The translations under genes were made by a program, and so were the position numbers. DNA of 48,787 nt from Nitrospinota bacterium (GTDB lineage: Bacteria > UBA8248): contig JASLZZ010000045.1 of the NCBI GenBank assembly GCA_030754595.1, positions 1 through 48,787 on the forward strand, written 5' to 3'. Under the pieces are notes generated by a model. That model searched no databases, had not been told where the DNA came from, and was given only the letters and a program-made list of their open reading frames with translations. This document shows positions 35,052-44,049 of the stretch, in pieces (within the stretch, counting starts at the first letter, position 1; each line of letters starts with the position of its first letter).

Positions 35052-35834
35052 GTGAGCGAAGAAGGCTCCATGCCCCTTTCGGGGCACCTGACCGAACTGC
35101 GCAACCGAATTCTGACAATCCTCGGGACCATCTTCGGACTGTTCCTGATTACCTACTTTTTTTCGGCTGAGCTTCTCACCATCGCCCAGCGGCCCATCGC
35201 CGGACAAAATCTCATTTTTATCTCTCCGACCGAGGCCTTTTTCGCCCGCCTGAAAATCGCCATCTACGCCGCTCTTTTTATCGGGCTCCCGGTCACGCTT
35301 TTTCAAATCTGGCAATTCTGCGCCCCGGGCCTCCTCTCCCGCGAAAGGCGCTACACCGTCATTTTCGTCTTAACCTCGATGATCCTTTTCACCACGGGGG
35401 CGGTGTTTTGCTACTTCCTGATTCTGCCTTATGGGCTCTCATTCCTGCTCAGCTTCGCGACCGAGACGATTACACCCCAGATTTCCATAGGTTTTTATAT
35501 CTCCTTTATTTTTAAGCTTATTCTTGTGTTCGGGGTTGTCTTCGAGGTCCCCCTGGTCACCTTGCTTCTTGTCCAGGCCGGTGTCGTCACACCGCAGTTC
35601 CTGACCTCGAACCGGAGCTATATGTACGTCGGGGCCTTCGTTGTCGCGGCGGCCCTAACGCCCCCGGACGTGATCACCCAGGTGCTCATGGCCGGGCCGC
35701 TCCTCATCCTTTTCGAGATCAGCGTCGCCGCCTCGAAGATCCTCTTCCGCCGAAAGCTGAAAAAAGCCGAGTCCGAGGCGGTCGAGAGCGATTGGGACGA
35801 CGAGGATGAGAGTGAGGAGGAGGACGAAGAATAA
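35052..35834 (+). CDS. tatC: twin-arginine translocase TatC
   Basis: MPL..HLTELRNR, SPTEAF, QIWQFCAPGL...E, FGVVFEVP, LTPPDV, LFEISV. Confidence 0.96.
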   Translation: MSEEGSMPLSGHLTELRNRILTILGTIFGLFLITYFFSAELLTIAQRPIAGQNLIFISPTEAFFARLKIAIYAALFIGLPVTLFQIWQFCAPGLLSRERRYTVIFVLTSMILFTTGAVFCYFLILPYGLSFLLSFATETITPQISIGFYISFIFKLILVFGVVFEVPLVTLLLVQAGVVTPQFLTSNRSYMYVGAFVVAAALTPPDVITQVLMAGPLLILFEISVAASKILFRRKLKKAESEAVESDWDDEDESEEEDEE

Positions 35835-36574
35835 TGACCCCCCCGGATCCGCGCGGCCCTCTCACTCCCGAGGATCGGATCGTCTGCGCCCTCGATCTCC
35901 CCACCCTGGACGAGGCCCTCCGCCTGGTGGATTCTCTGGGCGGACGCGTCCGTTGGTTCAAGATCGGGATGGAACTTTTCACCCGTGAGGGACCCCGCGC
36001 CGTGGAGTCTGTCCTAGAGCGGGGCCAAGGCGTTTTTCTGGACCTGAAGTATCACGATATCCCGGCCACGGCGGAGCGTGCCGTCGAATCGGCCGGGGCG
36101 CTCGGGGTCTCGCTCCTGACCGTCCACGCCGCCGGCGGGCCCGCTATGCTCGAGGCCTGCGCCAGGGGGCGCGACCGGTGCCAGAGCCCGCCGGCTATCC
36201 TCGCCGTTACAGTCCTGACCAGCCTCGATGCGTCGGCGTTGTCCGCCGTCGGCATCGAACGCCCGGTCGAAGAGCAGGTCCTGGCGGCGGGCGCCCTGGC
36301 CCGCTCGGCCGGCATCGACGGCCTCGTCGCCTCCCCCCGCGAAGTGGCTTCCCTGCGCCGGGAACTCGGGGGAGAACTCCTCATCGTGACGCCAGGCGTC
36401 CGGCTCGCCTCGGGCGGGCACGACGATCACGCGCGGGCCGAGACCCCCCAGACGGCCGTGAAGGACGGGGCCAACCTGCTCGTCGTCGGGCGTCCGATTC
36501 GGGACGCCGAGGACCCCCGGGTGGCCGCGGAGGTGTTTGCCCAGGCCATTGCCCAGGGGGCGGCATCCCGGTGA
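35834..36574 (+). CDS. pyrF: orotidine-5'-phosphate decarboxylase
   Basis: ALD, KIGMELF, FLDLKYHDIP.T, TVHA.GG, VTVLTS, TPGVR, VVGRPI. Confidence 0.96.
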   Translation: MTPPDPRGPLTPEDRIVCALDLPTLDEALRLVDSLGGRVRWFKIGMELFTREGPRAVESVLERGQGVFLDLKYHDIPATAERAVESAGALGVSLLTVHAAGGPAMLEACARGRDRCQSPPAILAVTVLTSLDASALSAVGIERPVEEQVLAAGALARSAGIDGLVASPREVASLRRELGGELLIVTPGVRLASGGHDDHARAETPQTAVKDGANLLVVGRPIRDAEDPRVAAEVFAQAIAQGAASR

Positions 36575-36600
36575 CCCCTTAGGTTTCCGGGTCGAGAATC

Positions 36601-36882
36601 ATGGAAGGTGCTAAGGAGCGGCTTCGGCTGGTCATCAGAGGCCGGGTGCAGGGCGTTTGGTACCGCGCCAGCGCCCGTGATCGGGCAGAGGCGCTGGGCA
36701 TGACCGGATGGGTGCGAAACTTGCACGACGGCTCTGTCGAGTTGGTGGCCGAGGGCGGTGGAGAGGCGCTTGAGCACCTTTTCGGCTGGTGCCGGGAGGG
36801 CCCTCCCCTGGCACAAGTCTCCCGAGTCGAGCAGGAGCGGAGCCCCGCCACCGGCGAATTTTCGGCGTTCGATGTGAAGTAG
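36601..36882 (+). CDS. acyP: acylphosphatase
   Basis: GRVQGVWYR, GWVRNL.DGSVE, GPP.A.V. Confidence 0.94.
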   Translation: MEGAKERLRLVIRGRVQGVWYRASARDRAEALGMTGWVRNLHDGSVELVAEGGGEALEHLFGWCREGPPLAQVSRVEQERSPATGEFSAFDVK

Positions 36883-36886
36883 GGAG

Positions 36887-37783
36887 TTAAATTCCAGTGT
36901 AGCCCGTCCAGAAAATGAGATAGGCCGAAAGAATGCTCAGATAGTTCGAGATCAGCAATAGGCCGACAGCGAGCAGCATCACGCTGCTTCCCAGTTCGAC
37001 CGCCCGGAAATACCTGCGGAAGGATTGATAGAATTTAAAGAAGTAGCCAACGCCCAAACCGCTGATTAGAAAAGGAACGCCCAGCCCGGCCGAATAGCTC
37101 GCCAGCAGGAGCACACCCTGACCCGCCGTTTCCTTAGTCCCGGCAAAAAGAAGAATGCTCCCCAGAACCGGCCCTACGCAAGGCGTCCAGCCCGCGGCGA
37201 AAGTCACCCCGACAACGAAACTGCCCGCCCACCCCGCAGGCTTGCTGTTCAGCGAAAACCGTTTTTCCTGGGAGAGGACCGGAAAGAATACCGCCGCCGC
37301 CGCGTAAAGACCCAGCGCCATCAAAACGCCGCCCAGCGTCGGCAGGGCGCGGCTGATCCCGATAGCGCCGCCCAACAGCATAAACAGGGCCACCGCCCCC
37401 GAGGCCGCCGAGGGCAGGGCGTTGAGGAACGACTGGAGGCGAAACTCAAGCGCCCGGTCGCCGATATAGAGGCCGAACATGGTGATCATAATTCCGCCGC
37501 CGATCCGGATTCCATCCTGGTAGGAGAACAGCAGGTTTCCCAGATAAGAGACGCTCGCCCCCAAGGCGACGAAAATCACCGAAAATCCCAAGATAAAGAA
37601 TATGGAGTTTAGAAGAATCAGGCGCCGGACGCTCTGCTCCTCCCCGCCACCCTTGATTTCTTCATAAGAAAGACCGGTGATATAGGAGATGTAGCTTGGA
37701 AATAGCGGAAGTACGCAAGGGGAGGCGAAACTCAACACTCCTGCCAGGAAAGCAAAACCCAAAGATACATTGTCCGCGGGCAC
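36887..37783 (-). CDS. ccdA: cytochrome c biogenesis / DsbD-TM protein CcdA
   Basis: AGVLSFASPCVLPL and FAAGWTPCVGP redox motifs; YSAGLGVPF. Confidence 0.92.
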   Translation of the reverse strand: MPADNVSLGFAFLAGVLSFASPCVLPLFPSYISYITGLSYEEIKGGGEEQSVRRLILLNSIFFILGFSVIFVALGASVSYLGNLLFSYQDGIRIGGGIMITMFGLYIGDRALEFRLQSFLNALPSAASGAVALFMLLGGAIGISRALPTLGGVLMALGLYAAAAVFFPVLSQEKRFSLNSKPAGWAGSFVVGVTFAAGWTPCVGPVLGSILLFAGTKETAGQGVLLLASYSAGLGVPFLISGLGVGYFFKFYQSFRRYFRAVELGSSVMLLAVGLLLISNYLSILSAYLIFWTGYTGI

Positions 37784-37811
37784 CTAGTACCTCATCATTT
37801 CGCCGCCAGGA

Positions 37812-38279
37812 TTATTTCACCACAACCTGTGCAAACGCTTCCCCGCCCGACACCGGCAACCCCGTCACAAAATAATAAAAGGTCCCGGGCCTGGCAAACG
37901 CGGTGCTCGCCGTCGCACCCGAGCCAAAAGCCGCGCTTACATAAGTGCCGTCCGGAGCCAAGAAAAACAGGGTCGGCGCCCGGGTGACCCGGTTCAGGAC
38001 ATCGCCCTTGCTAAAAACGACAGATATGTACCGGTCAGTCGCATTAAACCAGATGACTGTCGAGCCCTGCTCCACACTTAAATTCTGGGGATAAACACCC
38101 CCAGCGTCGACGCGGACAACCTGGTATTTCCCGATTCCCGAAAGCTGCCTCGACGGGGCACCCCCGGGTGCAGCCTCCGCCGGGCCAGCGCTTTCAGCCG
38201 CCCACCCAAAAATGGCCAGCATGAAGCAAAACACCAAATATCGGCAAAAATTCCGCCTCTGAATCCTTTGAAAGATCAA
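37812..38279 (-). CDS. secreted cupredoxin-like fold protein without copper ligands
   Basis: Signal-like N-terminus; P..LSVEQGSTVIWFN and F.RPGTFYY beta-strand pattern; no Cys/His at the ligand loop. Confidence 0.55.
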   Translation of the reverse strand: MIFQRIQRRNFCRYLVFCFMLAIFGWAAESAGPAEAAPGGAPSRQLSGIGKYQVVRVDAGGVYPQNLSVEQGSTVIWFNATDRYISVVFSKGDVLNRVTRAPTLFFLAPDGTYVSAAFGSGATASTAFARPGTFYYFVTGLPVSGGEAFAQVVVK

Positions 38280-39598
38280 CCTAGGCCCTCTTCGATTACG
38301 GAAAACGGATTCCTGACCTCTATCGTATCCTCACGGTCCGGGCCGGTGGAAATCATCCAGATCGGCTTTCCGGTCAAACGACCGAGATGGCTCAGATATT
38401 CCCTTGCCTTAGCGGGCAAATCGCCGTAATTCCGGACACCCGCCGTTGGGTCCTTCCAGCCCTGAAAATCCTCATAAACCGGTATGCACCTCTCTAAAAT
38501 TGTGGCCTCCGCCGGAAAAGTGGTGATGCGATTACCGTCAATTTCATAGCCGACGCAAATCCGGATACTATCGAGATTATCGAGAACATCGAGTTTCGTC
38601 ACCACGAGCGCATCGGCCCCCGTAACTTGGACGGCATGACACGCCGCTACGGCATCGAACCACCCGCACCGCCTCGGCCGCCCGGTCGTGGCGCCAAATT
38701 CGCCTCCACCCAGCCGCAGACGCTCCCCCTCGTCCCCGTGAAGCTCGGAGGGAAACGGCCCCTGGCCCACCCGTGTGCAATAGGCCTTCATCACCGCGAC
38801 AACGGCGCCCACCTTGCCCAAGGGCATGCCGAGCCCGCTGAGCGCCCCCCCGACACCGGTGTTGCTCGATGTCACATAGGGATAGGTCCCCATGTCCAGA
38901 TCGAGGAGAATCCCCTGGGCGCCCTCAAGAAGAACTCGCCGGTTATTCGTGATGGCCTCGAGGATCTCCGCATCAGTGTTTCGAACATGGGGGGCGAGAA
39001 TCTCCCGCACTTCATCGCAGACCTCAAGGATATAGTCTTCCTCGAGAGCGCGGCGCTCCTCCTCGTCGAGGGAGATACCCGCGAGAAGGCGTTTTTTGAT
39101 CGCCAGGCTGACGCGCACGCGATCGGCGAGCACTTTCTCGTCGTAAAGATCGCATACCCGGATGCCCAGCCGCGCCGCCTTGTCCGAGTAGGCGGGGCCG
39201 ATACCTCGGCCGGTCGTTCCGATTCGATTCACCCCCAAAAGCTCTTCCATGTGGGAGTCGAGCACCTTGTGGTAGGGCATGATCATATGAGTGCGTTTGC
39301 CGATGACCAGATTGCCACCGACCTGGATACCCCCCTCGCGGAGTTGCTTGATTTCATCGACCAAAGCGACAGGGTCCACCACCACGCCCGATCCGATGAT
39401 GCAGTGAACATGAGGGTGGAGAATCCCGGTGGGAATCAGATGAAGGATAAACTCCTTGCCGTCGGCGACAACCGTATGGCCGGCGTTGGCCCCACCCTGA
39501 TAGCGCGCCACCACCTCGACCTGGCGAGCGAGCAGATCCACCACCTTTCCTTTGCCCTCGTCGCCCCACTGGCCTCCGATCACGGAAAGAACGCTCAT
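38276..39598 (-). CDS. purA: adenylosuccinate synthetase
   Basis: QWGDEGKGK, GGANAGHT, GTTGRGIGPAY.DK, EGAQG, TTGRPRRCGWFD, TKLDVL; start ATG 39598. Confidence 0.97.
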   Translation of the reverse strand: MSVLSVIGGQWGDEGKGKVVDLLARQVEVVARYQGGANAGHTVVADGKEFILHLIPTGILHPHVHCIIGSGVVVDPVALVDEIKQLREGGIQVGGNLVIGKRTHMIMPYHKVLDSHMEELLGVNRIGTTGRGIGPAYSDKAARLGIRVCDLYDEKVLADRVRVSLAIKKRLLAGISLDEEERRALEEDYILEVCDEVREILAPHVRNTDAEILEAITNNRRVLLEGAQGILLDLDMGTYPYVTSSNTGVGGALSGLGMPLGKVGAVVAVMKAYCTRVGQGPFPSELHGDEGERLRLGGGEFGATTGRPRRCGWFDAVAACHAVQVTGADALVVTKLDVLDNLDSIRICVGYEIDGNRITTFPAEATILERCIPVYEDFQGWKDPTAGVRNYGDLPAKAREYLSHLGRLTGKPIWMISTGPDREDTIEVRNPFSVIEEGLG

Positions 39599-40884
39599 CT
39601 CTCTGTCCCCAATCCTATAATCCACGCCGCCAACTCATTCATGTGACAAACCCTCTGCTCCTTGCCGGAGGGCTCCACGATTCGGAACTGGTCGGTTTTA
39701 TTCGCGTTTCGCTCCACGACAATACACCGCATAACGCCTGCCCGCCGAGCGTATTCGAGCGATTCGGGTAAATCCCGCCGAATGATGTCCCTGGCAACGC
39801 GCCAGCCGGCGGCTCTTAATTCACGGGCCACCTGGATTCCAATCCTTTTTTCGCGCGTAAAATCGATCACAAGGAAATCCCCGCCCAGGCCGTCGATGTC
39901 CCCGTCCGGCGTGACCAGGAGCAGTTGATCGATATCGATGGCAATGCCCGTCCCAAGTCCGTCCCCGCCGTAGCGTCCCAGCAGACGATCATACCGTCCG
40001 CCGCCGCAAACCGGATACCCGGTCCCCTCGACGAAACCCTCGAAAAGTATCCCGGTATAATATTCAAAATCCCGAATATCGCTCAGGTCGAAAATGACCC
40101 GGTCGGAGAGGCCGTAAAGTTCGAGCATGTGCTCGACCTGCTTGAGTTCCTCGATGGCACGGCGCGACGAGGGATTTTTCACCTTCTTAAGAGCTCGGTC
40201 GAGAATCTTTTTTCCGCCGAACAACTCCGGCAAATCCAGCAAAACCCCTGCATCGCCCCCCTTGGAGGGAACATCCTTGATCAGCTCTTCAAGCCCCGAC
40301 GCATCGCGCCGCGCTACGGCATCGAGAATATCTCTCCTTTTTTCTTCAACGAGACGCATAGCGCCCAAAAGCCCCCGGATGAAACCGGTGTGACTCAAAG
40401 ACATTCGTACGTTCTCCACCCCGTTCTGCTCAAAGCACTCCATCGCGATTGCGACCATTTCGACGTCGGCCTCAAGCGAAACGAGGCCGATCAACTCTAC
40501 CCCCGCCTGCCAAAATTCCCGCCGAAGAACGCCCGCCACATGGGCATGGCGAAAAACATTGGTCACATAGGAAAGCCGGAGCGGCCGGGGATGGTCGGAA
40601 AGAATAGTCCCCGCGAGGCGAGCAATCTGGGGCGTCACGTCCGAGCGAAGCGCCAGGAGCCCCCCTGTGTCCATGTCCACAAGGCGGAAGGTCTGGGTAT
40701 CCCGGATTTGTCCCCCATTTCCAGGCGCGTAAAGATCGAACGCGGGCGTCACGATTTGGCGAAACCCCCACCGCGCGAACACCTCAAGAAGGCGCGTTTC
40801 GATTCGTCTTTTTCGGCCGGCCTGCTCGGGGAGAAATACTCTCGACCCCTTCGGCATCGCTTTTGTCGGATTACCTGGATTCAT
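39595..40884 (-). CDS. hisZ: ATP phosphoribosyltransferase regulatory subunit
   Basis: HisRS-like: LRSDVTPQIAR, REFWQAGVELIG, YYTG..F, GGGRYD.L; located between serA and purA. Confidence 0.9.
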   Translation of the reverse strand: MNPGNPTKAMPKGSRVFLPEQAGRKRRIETRLLEVFARWGFRQIVTPAFDLYAPGNGGQIRDTQTFRLVDMDTGGLLALRSDVTPQIARLAGTILSDHPRPLRLSYVTNVFRHAHVAGVLRREFWQAGVELIGLVSLEADVEMVAIAMECFEQNGVENVRMSLSHTGFIRGLLGAMRLVEEKRRDILDAVARRDASGLEELIKDVPSKGGDAGVLLDLPELFGGKKILDRALKKVKNPSSRRAIEELKQVEHMLELYGLSDRVIFDLSDIRDFEYYTGILFEGFVEGTGYPVCGGGRYDRLLGRYGGDGLGTGIAIDIDQLLLVTPDGDIDGLGGDFLVIDFTREKRIGIQVARELRAAGWRVARDIIRRDLPESLEYARRAGVMRCIVVERNANKTDQFRIVEPSGKEQRVCHMNELAAWIIGLGTER

Positions 40885-40910
40885 GAATCCGCCACCTTAA
40901 CCCTTTCACA

Positions 40911-42506
40911 TCACAACAGGACGAGATTGGCGTCATTGATATTCGGAATGGAACGAACCTTTTCCATCACCTCATCCGGAATCGGATCGTCCACCGCGAG
41001 AATCGCCACCGCCTTGTCGTTCTTCCGCGTCCGGCCGAGTTGCATGCCGGCGATGTTAATCTTGTGCTCTCCGAGCAATGTTCCTATCAGGCCAATCATT
41101 CCGGGCTGATCGTCGTTCGTGAATATGAGCATGTACCCCTCGGGAACAGCGTCAACGCTGAACTGATCGATCCGCACGATGCGCGGCTCGTTTTCATGAA
41201 TGAATGTTCCCGCGACGGAGCGCTCTCCCCTGTCGGTGCGCACCTTCAACTCAATCAAGTTCGTGTACACAGGCATCTCGCTCCGGTAAGTGGACACGAT
41301 CTCGATTCCCCGCTCCTTGGCCAGGATGGGACCGTTTACCAGATTCACACGGGCGCCGCTCATAAAATGCCCCAGGAGCCCTTTGAGGGCGGCCGCGGCA
41401 AGCGGTTCCACCGGGCTCTCGAGCGGGCCTCCGTATGTCACCTCGAGGGCCTTTGGCCCGCTTCCCGTCAGCTGGGCCATGAAACTTCCCAGCCGCTCGG
41501 CCAGAACAAGGTAGGGGCCAAGTCGCTCCAAGTCCTCCGCGCTGAGCGAGGGAAGGTTCACCGCGTTCTTGACACCACCCGTTGTCAGATAGGCCACCAC
41601 TTGTTCGGCTACGCTGACCGCGACGTTCTCTTGCGCCTCCTTGGTGGAGGCTCCCAAATGAGGGGTGCAGATAACGTCGTCACGCCCGACAAGAGCGCTC
41701 TCCGCCCCGGGAGGCTCAACAGCGTATACATCGAGAGCTACGCCCGCGAGTTGCCCACTGTCGAGGGCGGCGGCGGCGGCCTCCTCGTCGAGAAGCCCGC
41801 CTCGCGCGCAGTTCACAATGCAGGCTCCGGAGCGCATCCGGGCGATCTCCTCCGCCCCAATCAGGCCTGCCGTCTCGGTTGTTTTCGGAACATGGAGACT
41901 GATGTAGTCGGATTGAACGAGAAGCTCGTCCAGCGACACCGGCTTCACACCTCGTTTCTCGGCCGCCTCCGCCGAAATAAACGGATCGTAGGCGACCACG
42001 TTCATGCCCAGGTTACCGGCCAGCCGCGCCACCGTTGAACCGACCCGTCCGAGACCGATCACACCGAGAACTTTCGAGGAGAGTTCGCTCCCGACAAACT
42101 TGCTCCGCTCCCAATGTCCCTCCATCACCGATCGGACCGCGGCGGGAATTTTCCGGGCCAGGGCGAACAACAAGGCCACGGTGTGCTCCGCCGTGGTGAT
42201 AATATTGCCGTCGGGCGCGTTGACCACCAGGATCCCGCGAAGGCTCGCGCTCTCCAAATCGATGTTATCCACCCCGATCCCGGCTCGGGCGACAACCTTG
42301 AGCCGGTCGCCGGCGCCGAGGATTTCATCGTCCACATTTGTGGCGCTGCGCACCAGAAGAGCGTCGCAATCCCGGACGATCTCGATTAACTCCTCCCGGG
42401 GAAGCCCCGGCTTGTTGATGACCTCGAAACCCTCCGCCCCCGAGAGGATTTCCTCGGCGCGGGACGAGAGAGGCTCCGAAATTAAAACCCTGATGTCTGC
42501 GCTCAT
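40911..42506 (-). CDS. serA: D-3-phosphoglycerate dehydrogenase (with ASB and ACT domains)
   Basis: RAGIGVDNID, GLGRVG, NCARGG, TPHLGASTKEAQ, NDDQPGMIG, INIAGMQLGR. Confidence 0.96.
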   Translation of the reverse strand: MSADIRVLISEPLSSRAEEILSGAEGFEVINKPGLPREELIEIVRDCDALLVRSATNVDDEILGAGDRLKVVARAGIGVDNIDLESASLRGILVVNAPDGNIITTAEHTVALLFALARKIPAAVRSVMEGHWERSKFVGSELSSKVLGVIGLGRVGSTVARLAGNLGMNVVAYDPFISAEAAEKRGVKPVSLDELLVQSDYISLHVPKTTETAGLIGAEEIARMRSGACIVNCARGGLLDEEAAAAALDSGQLAGVALDVYAVEPPGAESALVGRDDVICTPHLGASTKEAQENVAVSVAEQVVAYLTTGGVKNAVNLPSLSAEDLERLGPYLVLAERLGSFMAQLTGSGPKALEVTYGGPLESPVEPLAAAALKGLLGHFMSGARVNLVNGPILAKERGIEIVSTYRSEMPVYTNLIELKVRTDRGERSVAGTFIHENEPRIVRIDQFSVDAVPEGYMLIFTNDDQPGMIGLIGTLLGEHKINIAGMQLGRTRKNDKAVAILAVDDPIPDEVMEKVRSIPNINDANLVLL

Positions 42507-43642
42507 ATCCCGAATTCCTCTTGTGCGGCGGTTAGCCCCGCGCCTTTCTCGAGTTCATGGCCAAGGCTGCTCAACACCCTTTCGAGGCCACCGATCGCGG
42601 CCAGCATGTCCGATTCATCGACATAGCCCATGTGTCCGATTCTGAAAATTTTCCCGCTCAGGTGGGCCTGGCCGCCGGCAATGGTGATTCCCTGCTCGTT
42701 CTGCATCAGCCGGGGAATCGCTTTTCCGTCTACCCCCTCGGGCACACTGACAGCCGAGACCGATTCGCTCAGAAGATCCCTGGGAAAGATATCGAGCCCC
42801 AGGGCGCGAAGAGCCGAGCGCATGCCGCCGGCCAGTCGTGCGTGGCGCGCAAAAATATTTTCAAGACCCTCGCCTCGCATCATTTCTAGCGCCACTCTGA
42901 GGCCCTCGACGAGCGAAATGGCGGGCGTCCAGGCGGTGGTGTTTTTCGCCTGACTTTTTCGCTCGATGCGCAAATCGAAATAAAAGCGTGGGCTCCCGGC
43001 CTTCTCGGCCACCGCCCAGGCGCGCTCGCTCAACCAGACGAAGGCCAGGCCAGGCGGAAGCATCAACGCCTTTTGGCTGCCCGTGATAACCGCATCCAAA
43101 TCCCATTCCTCGGGCCGGAGGTCGTAGACCCCGAGAGCGGTGATGGCGTCCGCAACGACGAGCGTATCGGGCGAGGTGCGCCGGACGACCTCGGCCAGTT
43201 GCCGGACATCGTGCTTCGCCCCGGTTGAGGTCTCGCTCGCCTGAACGAAAACGGCCCGGTGGCCACCCGCCCTGAGGCGGCTCTCCACCTCGCCGAGATC
43301 GACCGACCGGCCCCACTCGACCGAGATGACGTCCGTTTCAAGTCCGTAGGCGCGGCATATTTCCACCCATCGCTCTCCAAATTTCCCACCCTCGACCACC
43401 AGAGCCGAATCGCCCGGAGAAAGGAGATTCGCCGCCGAAGCCTCCATGCCGCCCGAGCCCGAGGCCGCCAACATAATGACATCCCCTTCGGACTGGTAGA
43501 GCCAGGAAAGCCCACTGCGGACCTCCTCGAAAAGTGCTTCGAATTCCTTTGTTCGGTGGTGCATCAGGGGCCGCGCCATCGCCTCGAGTACCCGGGGGGG
43601 CACGGGCGTGGGACCGGGGGCCAACAAATGATACTTTCGCAT
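42503..43642 (-). CDS. class V PLP aminotransferase (alanine-glyoxylate/serine-pyruvate type; probable phosphoserine aminotransferase role)
   Basis: PGPTPVP, HHRT..F, GKFGERW, ETSTG, GSQKALMLPPGL, FRIGHMG; coupled to serA; GAGGAG RBS before ATG 43642. Confidence 0.92.
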   Translation of the reverse strand: MRKYHLLAPGPTPVPPRVLEAMARPLMHHRTKEFEALFEEVRSGLSWLYQSEGDVIMLAASGSGGMEASAANLLSPGDSALVVEGGKFGERWVEICRAYGLETDVISVEWGRSVDLGEVESRLRAGGHRAVFVQASETSTGAKHDVRQLAEVVRRTSPDTLVVADAITALGVYDLRPEEWDLDAVITGSQKALMLPPGLAFVWLSERAWAVAEKAGSPRFYFDLRIERKSQAKNTTAWTPAISLVEGLRVALEMMRGEGLENIFARHARLAGGMRSALRALGLDIFPRDLLSESVSAVSVPEGVDGKAIPRLMQNEQGITIAGGQAHLSGKIFRIGHMGYVDESDMLAAIGGLERVLSSLGHELEKGAGLTAAQEEFGI

Positions 43643-43955
43643 GTTCTCCTCATTCATATCGCGCGGTTCACCGCCTGCGCCCGCCGGACGGAGGCGCAGA
43701 ATCGATTTGCTGATAACGATTGCCTCACCGGATACCGCTGGGCTGAATCATGTCAGGAGTGGAACTTCATATTCCGCGTCCATCGTGGGGGATGCCGGCG
43801 CCTTGGCTGCGAAACCGGGCAATTACAAGGGGCTTCCGCCTCCGTTCCCCCCTCCCGGCAGAGAAGCCCCTGAAAGCCTCGAAAGCGTATCCATTCGCCC
43901 TTCGCCGGTCAACCGCCTTTCCCCTCCGGCCGCGGCGGCAGAAATATTTCGAGAC

Positions 43956-43996
43956 AAAAAACCCCGGGAGGGCCGAGACCCTCCCGGGGAATTTTT
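43956..43996. terminator. intrinsic terminator downstream of the porin gene
   Basis: A-tract, CCCCGGGAGGG-CCGAGA-CCCTCCCGGGG, then AATTTTT. Confidence 0.85.
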
Positions 43997-44049
43997 GCTA
44001 GCCGATTTTCGGTCCGGGAGCCGGAGGCTCTCTGACCGTTATATCAGCC

